Positions 25,701-38,000 of a DNA stretch of 64,000 bases are shown here, piece by piece. Origin of the DNA: Octopus vulgaris (lineage: Eukaryota); the NCBI GenBank assembly GCA_951406725.2, contig OX597829.1, forward strand, positions 21,638,001-21,702,000. Reading direction: 5' to 3'. The notes below the pieces were generated by a model, which saw only the letters and a list, made by a program, of their open reading frames with translations, did not search any database and was not told the DNA's origin. Made by a program: the position numbers and the translations under genes. Each line of letters starts with the position of its first letter. The stretch's first letter is position 1.

Positions 25701-28700
25701 ATAAAATAAAAGTACCAAGTGGTATGATTTTATCGATTTAATTCCTCCTTTAAGTTTCTGACTTGTGCCATTCGTAAAAGCAATTATTTGTTCATTCATA
25801 TAACATCTGTCCAACCACCCTAACAAGTTGAACAGAGTATTTTTTTTAAGAATGAAAATTAATGATAAAAAAAAATTATTAAATAAAGAAATTATTATAA
25901 CAAGGAAAAACATGTTTAGTTGGTACAGTATTAGGAATGTTGCTTCCTAAAGTAAGTATTTTTTGTGCATGATTTCTAAAAAAATTATTTGAGATTGATA
26001 ATAAAACCCCAGAAAACCTGTTACTGGATTCATATTCCATTTGATCAGCATACTGAAAGTAATTTTTCTTTTCTTTTCAGTTATTTATTGAACTCAAATT
26101 GCATATGGTCAGCACAAGCTGACCTTTATCTATTTTATGCTGTAACCTTATTCATTTAATAACAGTTTACAAGTTCATTAATATCTGTTATATTTAATGA
26201 AATGATTCTTTTCTCTTTTTTATTTGGCATTTATTTATGTAACCTTGTTGTTGTTGTTTAAAGATAACAGTTCTTTGTTTTTCTTTTCTTTTTTGCCTTG
26301 CAAAAAAAAAAATCAGGAAAGCTTACACATGAATTAACCAAAGTATGTAGTATTATTTTAAATACTATCCTGTTGTTATTGTGATTATCAGACAAGTTAA
26401 TTTATTCCCTTTCTTTATTTTGTTTTTTTATTACAGCCGGTCATGATCCCCAGTCCAATATTCCTCCTCCCTATGACATTGCAGTGAAGAACAGTGTTTT
26501 GGCATCAAACGTGAATCCTGTTGACGATGATGATCCTGGCTGGGCAGAATTTCAAGTATCATCTAATAGCAGTCTAAATAACTGGGCGGATTTCACTCAA
26601 ATAACATCAAATTCTGGTGAAAATACTTCTATTCATCCACCAAAAGTTGGTTCGTCAACAAATTCTTTCTCAGAAAAAAAGCAATCAGTTGAATCTGATG
26701 GAAGCAATTTTGATGTTGAGTCTGGTAATTCAGCTAACAGCAATGGATCTTCTCTTGTGACTATTGTGAAAGATAATTTACAGAGAGGAGAAATATTGAG
26801 TCTCTTCAAAGTGCGGGAGAACGTGCCTCGAGAAAATACTATAAGCCATGAAGACACATTAACTAGAAATGATGGTGTCGAAGGCGCTAAAAGAAATGCC
26901 TCAAAGAAGGAAAAAGCAAAAGTGAAACTAGACAATTCAGCTGGTTCTTCTCAAAACTTTCAACAACAGCCTTCAGCAATTTCTGCATCTAATGTCAGTC
27001 TGAATCTTTCATCTGAAATCGATTTATTCCATGAGCCACCTCCACTTGATGATTCCGTTGAAGGAGAAGATGAGTTTGGTGGTTTCTCTCGTGGTATTGA
27101 TAGTTTTGATTTCACTGAAAGAACTGGTTTCCCAGCTTCTGTCCCATGTTCGAACTTACGACCAGGACCCGTACACATGCCAAAAGGTCGAAATGTTGAA
27201 GCTTACTCAAGTGAAAACCAGTCCACTTGCCAACCTGGTAACTTTGATTTTGCTGATGAAGATAGTCATTCTTCAAAGGACACTGATAGTCTGAGCTGGC
27301 AGGATAACAACAAGTTCCAGAAAGAAGATTCGCAGTCTGTGTCAAGTCTTGAACTCAGTTACAATTCGGCTGGACGACAAAATCAAAGAGATCCTGACAT
27401 GGCCGCTGACAGCCAATCGGTGTCTAGTTCGGAATTTCCAGCTTTTGAAACTTTACAGAAACAAGAAACAACTCTTGAATCTAAATCTCTTGACAGTCTT
27501 GAATTTAGAAACGATGACCAGGGATGGGGTGAAATTTGTGATAATAACGGAGAGAATGTGCCGGATGATAATAAAAATAGGTGTGTTCAAAACCTTACTG
27601 CTGAAACTCCTGTTGGTAAGTTTCCATGTTATTTCTTCAGAAATTTATTTTCTTATTTATTTATTTATTTATTTAACAAAAGAGGAAGATGGAAAAAAGT
27701 TTTTGTTATTATTCATTCACCATTACAAGTTTCATATGTTAATTGGAATGACAAAGTTTCACATGTTAGATAGACATGTAAGGAATTTTCTTTCAGAAAT
27801 TCGTCAGACAGAAATTAAATAATAAAGATTTTACCTTTAGGTGAAGTGTCTATATTTCATTAGAAATCAGAAGTACAGATTGTTGTGGTGAGGGAAGGAA
27901 AAGCAAAAGATGATACCATAGATAACAAAAGAAAAATATACACATACATACATGCTGGGATTTACCCTAATTAGCTACATGATATTTACTTTCTTTTATT
28001 CTCTTATTCTTTTACTTGTTTCAGTCATTTTGACTGTGGCCATGCTGGAGCACCACCTTTAGTCGAGCAAATCGACCCCAGGACTTATTCTTTGTAAGCG
28101 TAGTACTTATTCTATCAGTCTCTTTTGCCGAACTGCTAGGCTACTAGGATGTAAACACACCAGCATTGGTTGCCAAGTGATGTTGGGGGGAAAAACACAG
28201 ACGCACAAACACACACACACACACATATATATACATATATACAATGGGCTTCTTTCAGTTTCCATCTACCAAAGACACTTGCCCAAGGTGCAACGCAGTG
28301 GAACTGAACCTGGAACCATGTAGTTCATAAGCAAGCTACTTACCACACAGCCACTCCTATATGAATTTTTTTTTCAACTTTTCTAGACTGTGCAACAGAT
28401 TGATTTGTCCATATCTACTATGTTCTACACTTTCTTGAGGATTTTCTTTTTATTGCATGCACTTAAGTCTGCTTTATATCATGAAGTAGTATGAGTAGTG
28501 CCCCACCCATTAACTCTCATAGTACTCTTGCAGTATTGTATAGCTTGATTATGGGTGGGAGAGTAATGAAAGTTAAGCTTGATCTCTCTTCATTGTAGAA
28601 CAGAAGATGTCCAAGGTGTCCTGAAACCATACGGTTACAAAGCAAACTTAGCCACTGAACCAACCTCACACTTGTTAAACTACTGTTGGCACATTGAACT

Positions 28701-29014
28701 CAGTAGCATTTCTTTCCTCCTTACATTCTGAGTTCAAATGCTGCTGAGGTTGATTTTGTCATTTGTCATTTTAGGGTCAAATAATTAAGTACTGGGGTCA
28801 ATACTAACTGATTTCCCTCTCACTTCAAAAATTGCTGGCCTTGTGCTAGAGTGGCTGTGTGGTAAGTAGCTTGCTTACGAACCACATGGTTCCAGGTTCA
28901 GTCCCACTGCATGGCACCCTGGGAAAGTGTCTTCTGCTATAGCCTCGGGCCAACCAAAGCCTTGTGAGTGGATTTGGTAGACGGAAACTGAAAGAAGCCC
29001 ATCGCATATATGTT

Positions 29015-29058
<44 letters not shown>

Positions 29059-32000
29059 TGTGTGTATATGTTTGTGTGTGTGTTTTTCCCCCCATCATCG
29101 CTTGACAACCGATGCTAGTGTGTTTACGTTCCCGTAACTTAGCAGTTCGGCAAAAGAGACCCATAGAATAAGTACCAAGCTTACAAAGAATAAGTCCTGG
29201 GGTCGATTTGCTCAACTAAAGGTGATGCTCCAGCATGGCCACAGTCAAATGACTGAGCCAAGTAAAAGAGAAAAGGAGTGTTGTTGTTGATGCTGATGAT
29301 GATGATGGTGAGCTGGAAAAATTGTTAGAGCAGACCAAATGCTAAGCAGTATTTCTTCCAACTCCTTATGTTTCAAGTTTCAATCTTTTCACCTTTTCTC
29401 CTTTCAGGGTTAAGATAAGTATTGTCAAATTGTGAACATGGTGGTATCAACTAACCCCTCTTTCTGAAATTGCTGACCTTGTGCTAAAATTTGAAAGAAT
29501 TACTATTTATTAGAAAAACAAAGGCAGCAAGCTGGCAGAATTGTTGGCATTTCATACAAAATACTAAGTGGCATTTTGTCCATTTTCATGTTCTCAGTTC
29601 AGTTTTTACTGAGATCGGCTCTGCCCATCATCCTTTCAGGATTGATAGAATAAATTACCAGTTGGGTATCCACCTGCCTTCAAATTTTGACAGTTCCCTT
29701 CCCACAAAATTTTGGGCCTTGTGCCAATATTAGAAAGGATTATTTATCAGAAATACAAATATTTCTGCGGCGAGCTGGCAGAAAATTAGCACACCAGGTG
29801 AAATGCTTTATGGTATTTTGTCTGCCGTTACATTCTGAGTTCAAATTCCGCCGAGGTTGTTCATCCTTTCGGGGTCAATAAATTAAGTACCAGTTACGTA
29901 CTGGGGCCAATGTAATCGACTTAATCTCTTTGTCTGTCATTGTTTGTCCCCTCTGTGTTTGGCCTCTTGTGGGCAATAAAGGAATAAAAAATACAAATAT
30001 TAACTGGTGAGATGTGTCAGCTGTGATTTTTTTGTTTTGTTTTTTTTAAATGTTCTTTATGTTGCTAAATGGTTATGGTCGTTTTGTTTATTCAGGAACA
30101 ATGCCAACATTACCCCAACCTGTGCCTCCTCAAACAGTTGTAAACAAAGAGAACTTAATAGCAAGGGATAGATACAGCAGTGTTATTCAAGATGTACAAG
30201 TAAGTTTCTGGATTTCCAGCTCCAAGTCTTTGTTTACCTAGAATTCACAATTTAATTGGTTGTTTTGGTTCACCAGACCACCCCTACTTCTTTGCTGCAA
30301 AATTCACCTTACAACATAATTCCATCTAAGAACTTTTTGTTTAAGTTATGATCCAAACATTGACTTAATGTACCAATGTATGACTTGATTCAGTGGTCAC
30401 TTGACTTTGTTTCGTAGAAACTAGCTGACTCCATTGATATTTCATGGTTTAAACCTTTTAATGCCAATCTGCCTGAAGCTATTCCTGGGTCTACTATACA
30501 AATGCCTGTTTTTAAGTGATCTAAAGTAAATCCCTCCATCAAAATTTCATGTTTATGTTCAAACACATGCTTGATATTTCTTCATTATTTTCAGAATTAA
30601 TTTTGAAATAAAGGCAGTGTATTTCAAAAGAAATATGGTAACAAAAGGGTTAATCAAAAACAACCACCATGTTTTAAAGATCAATATGGCTTTTTAAATG
30701 TTTTATTTAGAAGTTAATAATAAGTATATCTAACTTAAATTGGATGTATATTTTTGATTGCCCTAGACTACTGTATATAGCTAATATATTTGAGCTACCA
30801 GCTTTTTTTGTGACATCGTTGGCTGTTTAGTCATTATACTATATTATTATACTATATTGGCGAACTGGCAGTAACGTCAGTGCGCCGGGTGAAATGCTTA
30901 GCAGTATTTCGTCTGCTGTTACGTTATGAGTTCAAATTCCGCCGAGGTTGACTTAGCCTTTCATCCTTTTGGGGTCGATAAATAAAGTACCCCAGTGCAT
31001 ACACTGGGGTCGATGTAATCGACTTAATCCCTTTGTCCTTGTTTGTCCCCTCTATGTTTAGCCCCTTGAGGGCATTAAAGAAATATATACTATATCAGTT
31101 TGACTGATTTTTGTTTTGGCAGTTTGTGTGAGGGAGTCTAACACTGCTGATCTGCAAGAATCTTTTGTTAGCACTTTAATATAATAGATAATCCCTCAAA
31201 TTATACCCTTAAAAAGGGAGATATCTAAGTTAATGTTGTCCTGGGTACACTCTGTCTTAATGATGAGAAGATCACACCTTTGTTTATAGGTCTGGTGAAC
31301 AAAGTCTGACTAAGCATTAAACAACAACCACCATTAAATGACAATGTCTGTTATTTTACTAAATGTTTGCAAATTATTATTTTCAACTCATATTTCAGTA
31401 GGAATATAGTTAGGAAAGAGAGAAGCTGAAGTTTTCAGTAGTTTTGAAACCTTGAACTTGAGATCAAATGCTGGCTGATCTCAAGGCACTGAGGCTTATG
31501 TAGGAGATGAGAAAAGACTGAGATGTATGGCACCTTGCTTTTCTCAAGAAAACCCATCCACACAGCAGAATTGATACTGGTGCTGGTGTCACATTTTAAA
31601 AGCACTGATGCTAATGCCACATAAAAAGCATCCAATACAACATGTGGAGTAGTTGGCATTAGGAAGGGCATCTAGGAAAACCATGCCAAAGCAGTCAATG
31701 GGGCCTGGTGTGACCCAATGGCCTTACCTGCTCCTGTCAAATCATGCAACCCATGTCAGCATGGAAAACAGACATTAGATGATGGTAGTAAAAAATCATA
31801 TCCAAGAACTTTAGAAGTTAATGAAATATATGTTGACTTTCATGTTTAATTTTAGATGGAATATATCTAGAAATAATGGAAAGTATTGAAGGATAGAGTT
31901 AAGCTTCTATAATGTCTGAGTACATTGCTTGGTTTTAGCTTCAGTTTGTTGTCAATATTCTTTATTTTGTTGATCTAGTAAATCCAGGCTAATCTACTGT

Positions 32001-35000
32001 TGCTGTTGTTGAATAGCCAAGTGAAATCACAGTCACGACTGATGCTGGTGTCATGTAACTAACATGTAAAAAGCACCTTTTGAGCATTGGGCCTCATGGA
32101 GGCAAGGTGGCTGATGCTGGTGCCACATAAAAAGTGCCATTTTGAGTGTTGGGCCTCATGGAGGCAATGACAGATGACTGAGACCTTTAGTATTATACTA
32201 TGCTTGAGAAGAAAACCCAGCAAACCAACTCAAATCATAGTCATGGCTGATAATGGTGTTACACAGATGGCACCTGTGCCAGTGGCACGTAAAAGCACCC
32301 AGTACACTCTCAGAGTGGTTGGCTTTAGGAAGGGCATCCAGCTGTAGAACCCCATGCCAAATCAGAAACCATACCGTAGAACTCCAGCTGTAGAAACCAT
32401 GCCAGATTAGACTAGAACCTTCCAGCTTGCCAGCCCTGGTCAAACCATCCAACCCATGCCAGCATGGACAACAGCCTTTAAATGATGATGATGATGATGA
32501 TCTTATTTTTGTTTTGATTTCATTTTCTCATTTTCCTCTCTCTCTCTCTACTCCAGGGAAGTGAACATCACTGTCATGAATGGACCAAATGTTTGGATAA
32601 ATGTTATCAGAGAATTAAAGAAGCTAATAATGTATTCAACTCTATCAGTACATCGTGTGTGTGCAATGAAGTAATTAAGTCATGCCAAGGAGCTGACTAC
32701 ATTATGGGTGAGTTATAATTTCTCACAGCAACCTTTTACTCTTCAAACTTTCTGGGTAACTCTTGTAAACTCTTAGCCTTTTTTTGTGTATTTTTAATTT
32801 AAATCCATTTTATTTTCCATATTTGCATGATTGATATTGGTGAAATGGTCAGTTTTCCATGTGTACAATAACAGGTGAAATGGTCCATCTAGTTGAGATC
32901 CAATTGCTTTAGATGTTAACCTGTTTAATCTTTTAGCATTTAAATTGGCCATATTCCCCTAAAAATTCAACCTGTTTTATGTTCAAACTCACCAGATTTG
33001 GCCTTTCACACCTACCCTACAATGTCATTCAAAAACTAAACAAGTATACTATCGGAAAGTCAAGCCTATGAGATAATGTATTACTAATTTAAAACAAGGT
33101 AAATAAATAAACATTAACCCTTTAGCATTCAGATTTCTCTGTTAAATGTAATGCTTATTTATTCATACTGTTTTGAATTAAGCACAGATTATTTCACAGC
33201 TTCAAAAGTTCAATGATGTGATAGTAGTTTTTTTTAGAATGACATCCTTGGGTGGGTGTAAGAGGCTGGGTCTGACTGGTTTGAACTTGAAACAGGTAGA
33301 ATATTTGGGCCAGATAAGGATGGTTTAAATGCTAGAAGGTTAAATTTGACAGAATAATCAATGTTAAAGGGTTAAACTAGAGTTTTTCAAACTGGGTCGC
33401 AAGATAAATAAAATGGGTCATGACAAAAAAGAAGGAAAGAAAAAAACGCAAGTGGGTGCAAAGTGCAGAATATAAACCAGCATTTTTCAAACTGTGGGTC
33501 CTGACCCTTCAGTGGGTTGTCAAATAAATAAAAAGGGTCGCAACAAAAAAGTTTGAAAAACGCTGAATTAAACCATTTTGACACCTACAAAAACAGCCCT
33601 AGATTCTCTGATACTTCCTGTTTTAATGTGATCTAAATTAAATTTAAAAGACCTATCAGAAGCTCATGTTAATTTTATATTCCAAACATCAGTTTATTAA
33701 TGACAAAATTATTTTACTGAGTTCTTCATTATTTTCAAAATTCACTGAAACAAAGGTAGCATAATTCAATTGGAATATGGTACAAAAAAATGGGTTAAAA
33801 TTTCTAAACCATTTTCATGCTTGTATGGCATTTTCTTGGAGTAATTGTTTTGACAAATAGATGTGAATCCTACTTCTGTCCACTCAGCCATAATGTAAAG
33901 TTGGAGTTTCTCTCTTGTGGACACATAGATTAAAGTCATTAGATTTGAAAATGCAGCAAGTAACCAAACCCTTTTAATCAGGGACTGGCTTAATATACAG
34001 CTCAGTTTAACAACATCACTTCATCCTTACATACATTGAGAAAGATTTACTGTTTCAAGTACTTGTACCAGATCACCTCCAGTTTCCTCCATATTAGGGT
34101 AGCTGTTGTTTTTTTTTAACCTGCAGATGTTCAAACTTTTTTGATTTTTCATTGTCACCCACATCAACCCTGCCTGTCTGAGAGGTGGCCCTAGAAATAG
34201 TGTGGTCACTTCTTTTTCTTGTAAATAACTTACTAAACAAATCAAAAACTGCCATTGAATCTTGTTGATGTTACATGCTGAGCTTAAAATCCCACCAAGA
34301 TCAACTTTGCCCTTTTGTCTCTTCAGGGTTGATAAATATTGACCAAATACTTGAATCAATGTATTTGACTTGCTTTTCCCTAGAATTGTTGGCCTTGTGC
34401 AAAAAAAAAAAGAAAAGGAAATTGAAACAATTATTATTATAATTTTTTTTTTATCTGAAGAATTAATTCTGTAGAATTTAAAATAAGAAATTAATAAAAA
34501 TTATTCCTACTTATAACAATTATTTCTAATCCATCTTTTCAGCGTTCAAAGAAGACATAGTTAACATAATTATCGTTGTAGGTGCAAGCACAGCTGTATA
34601 GTAAGAATTTTATTTCCCAACCACTTGGTTTTGGGTTCAGTCCCACTGCGTGATACTGTGGGCAAGTGTCTTCTACTATATCCCTGGGCTGACCAAAGCA
34701 TTGTAAGTGAATGTGGTAGATGGAAATTGAAAAAAGCCTGTCATTTGTGTATTTGAGTTTGTCCCCCACCACTGCTTGACAACTGGTGTTGGTTTGTTTA
34801 CATCTCTGTGTCATAGTAGTTTGGCAGAAGAGACTGACAGAATAAGTACCAGACTTTAAAAAAATAAGCATTGATGCCCATTTGTTCAATTAAATCTTTT
34901 AAACTGCAGTCCAATGATTGAAACACACAAAAGATTAAGTAAAGATCACTCTTATGCTTTATATTAATAGATATCTAATAAATATTTCTCTTGGTTCATC

Positions 35001-38000
35001 AATGAGCTTGACATATTTTTATTGTTACTTTCAGCTATTATTGAAATTTATCGAGTTGTCTGTAAAATAACAGTTACAATGAGAATGTCAGGTAAATTCT
35101 CTTCCATATTTTTTTCTTATTTTAATCTTCCATAAATGTTCTTATATTTAAGAGAATAAAAGAGACCATATCATCATCATCATCATCATTTAATGTCAGC
35201 TCTCCATGCTGGCATGGGTTAGATGGTTTAACAGGAGCTGGCAAGCCAGAGGACTGTACCAATCTTCACTCTCTATTTAGGCATGGTTTTTATAGTTGGA
35301 TGCCTTTTCTAATGCCAATCACTTTACAGAGTGGCACACTCTCAAAGTATGAGGATGTGAATATAAGTGGGATAACAGAGGATTGCCCAAGGGATGTTAA
35401 TGCAAAGTGGAGAAGGAGGATGCAGTGACTGATGAAACTTGGGTGGGGACAGGATATTTCCATGTATCTTAAATTTTGTAAATTTAATTCTGAAAAAATA
35501 AAGAAGGAAAATTTTTGGATTTACTGACATAGGATGCTGTTTTTGGAGCAAAATACAAAGTACCATCATTGTTTTAATATCTGCTTTAACACTCAAACTG
35601 TCCAGATCCAGCCTCTCACTCCTACAATGTCATTCTAAAACTAAATTATCACATCATCGAAATCTCAAAGCTATGAGATAAGCCATGATTAATTGAAAAC
35701 AATGTGAACAAATAAGCATTACATTTGACAGAATAATTTGAATTCTAAAGGGTTAACCCTTAGTGTTCAGATTAATCTGTCAAATGTAATGCTTATTTGT
35801 TCACATTATTTTGAATTATTCGGGTTCAAGAGGAGTGTCCACAATATTTGCTTGTAACTTTGTTAATTTTTAACATACAGATTTAAAATTTTGTCAGTGG
35901 GTGCTTATATACCAGAGGATTATAGTCATGTAATTTTAGCTGATCTTGCTGAGTAAATTTGACTTTTATGGGAAGGTAAATTTAATTAACAGGCATAAAA
36001 GCAATAACATTATAGATAAGCACTAAAATTGAAATTCTTAATGCATCTTACCTGTTTGATTTGTTACTAAAATTATCCCAGGTGTTAACTGCCAACAACT
36101 TTACCACTTTTCAAAGTACATTAATTTGAATTAATTAAAATACAGGTATAATTAATACAAGATTTTATTCTTTCTCTATATTTCAAACATTTTCATTGAA
36201 AATAAAATACAAAACTCTTTTACTAGTCAATATACCATTGGTTATGTACTTTTATACAATTTAATGAATAAATTTACATAACAGGTGAGGCCAAGGTGAA
36301 TACAGGTGTGTAACATACTGAAAATTAATATGTATTTCTCACTTTCACATATTTGTAATAAAATGAAAGGAATATATTATAGTATTACTATCAAACAACA
36401 AAATATAGCTATGCCATATTTCTATTGTGAAATTGTTCAAAGCACTCCTTACACAAGGGCACTTTGCAAAACAAACATATGTATGCGGTCTCGACCTAAT
36501 ATCATTTCACAGTTTTTCTTTTTTGTAGTGAGCACAGTCTGCAAACTTTTTTTCCTTCCATTTATGTTTTTCCATTTTATGAAAATCAATATTTTCTCTG
36601 TTGACATCCACCTCAGTTAATTTTGCTTTTCTCCTAGTTCTGTGCTTTCTGGAAGAAAAGCCCTCATGTAACTGAGATGCAATGTCAACCTGATATTTCA
36701 AATGGTTGTAGCTCATTGGTGGTGGAGGTACCTTCTGGCTTTTTATATAAACAATGTATGAATTAACTATAGATAGACATAATGCTGGAGATATACGGAT
36801 CACCATACTTTATGTCAGGATTCCAGTAGTTCCACAGTTGAGGAAGCTGCTTGATACTAAACCTAATGTCTATAGTAAAAAAAGCTTGCATTTCCATAGT
36901 ATCAGTTGGCTGCCATAGTGGATCAGGTCTTCTATGAATAGAAATTATGTGTTGAGCATATTTGTTCCTTCATGACAACTTAAAAAGAACTTTTTGGTAA
37001 AAATAAAAATAAATAGTCCTATGATTAAGCATGGAGAGGTAGACTGTGTTGTGAACTAGTCTTTTCTGTGAAGTTGGGAATTGTGGTTGATGTAGTAATC
37101 TTCAACCACGTTACCAAAATTGTTTGCAATATCATTTTCATCACTTTCATTGTCAAAATCTTCTTTGTCTAACGAAGATTCATAAATGTCAATATGATTT
37201 GTCCGAAGACAAATCATTGTGTTTTCATGTATATTTTGTACATCATCAAGAGTAAAACCTTCGAAGTCGGAATCACTACTTGTTGACACCATATCGCTTA
37301 AAACTAAGATATACACTTCTCTTCAAACGTTGCAAAAACCAAGAAGTCTAAAAAATTTCACTGTATTTTTACTTGAATAAAGGCGGGAAAGGCTTTATCT
37401 CACATTATCTCAAAGCTACGAGAATTCAGTAATGTGATTTGTATTCTTTTTTAGCAATTTTGGAGAGGAATCAGATACAGCCAGATTTGACCAGTTCAAA
37501 CAAATAAAGGAGAATAATTTTCAACCGGTTTTGGCTGGTCTAAACATTATAGGTTAAAGAAGAGAATTGAAATTATCATCGCATGAAATTAGATTTTAAA
37601 AAAGGCAAAAATATTTTTGTTCTTTTATATTAAGTAGAATCTGTTAGATTTTTGTTTTGTTGGTATTACCTAATTAGGTATAGTAAGCCAACAGCAGTTC
37701 TTGCCTTAGGGTAAGTCATTTCTATGATGTTTTAATAATACTAAAAGCTTAAAATAACAGTCGGCAGTCCTGCAAAGGTCATGACTATCTTCTCCACAGC
37801 TGATGCCTCAGTAAAGCACACCCGTTATATTTTGTAAAATTTATGGTTGAAAGAATCCTTTAGTCTTGTCAAAGACACGACAACCTCTCTCATGTTGGTG
37901 CCATGATAAAAGGCACTCGTTACACTCTGTAAAGGTGTTGATGTTAGAAAGGATATCCATCTGTAGAAACCAAGTGAAAATGAAACATTTGAGAAAGATG

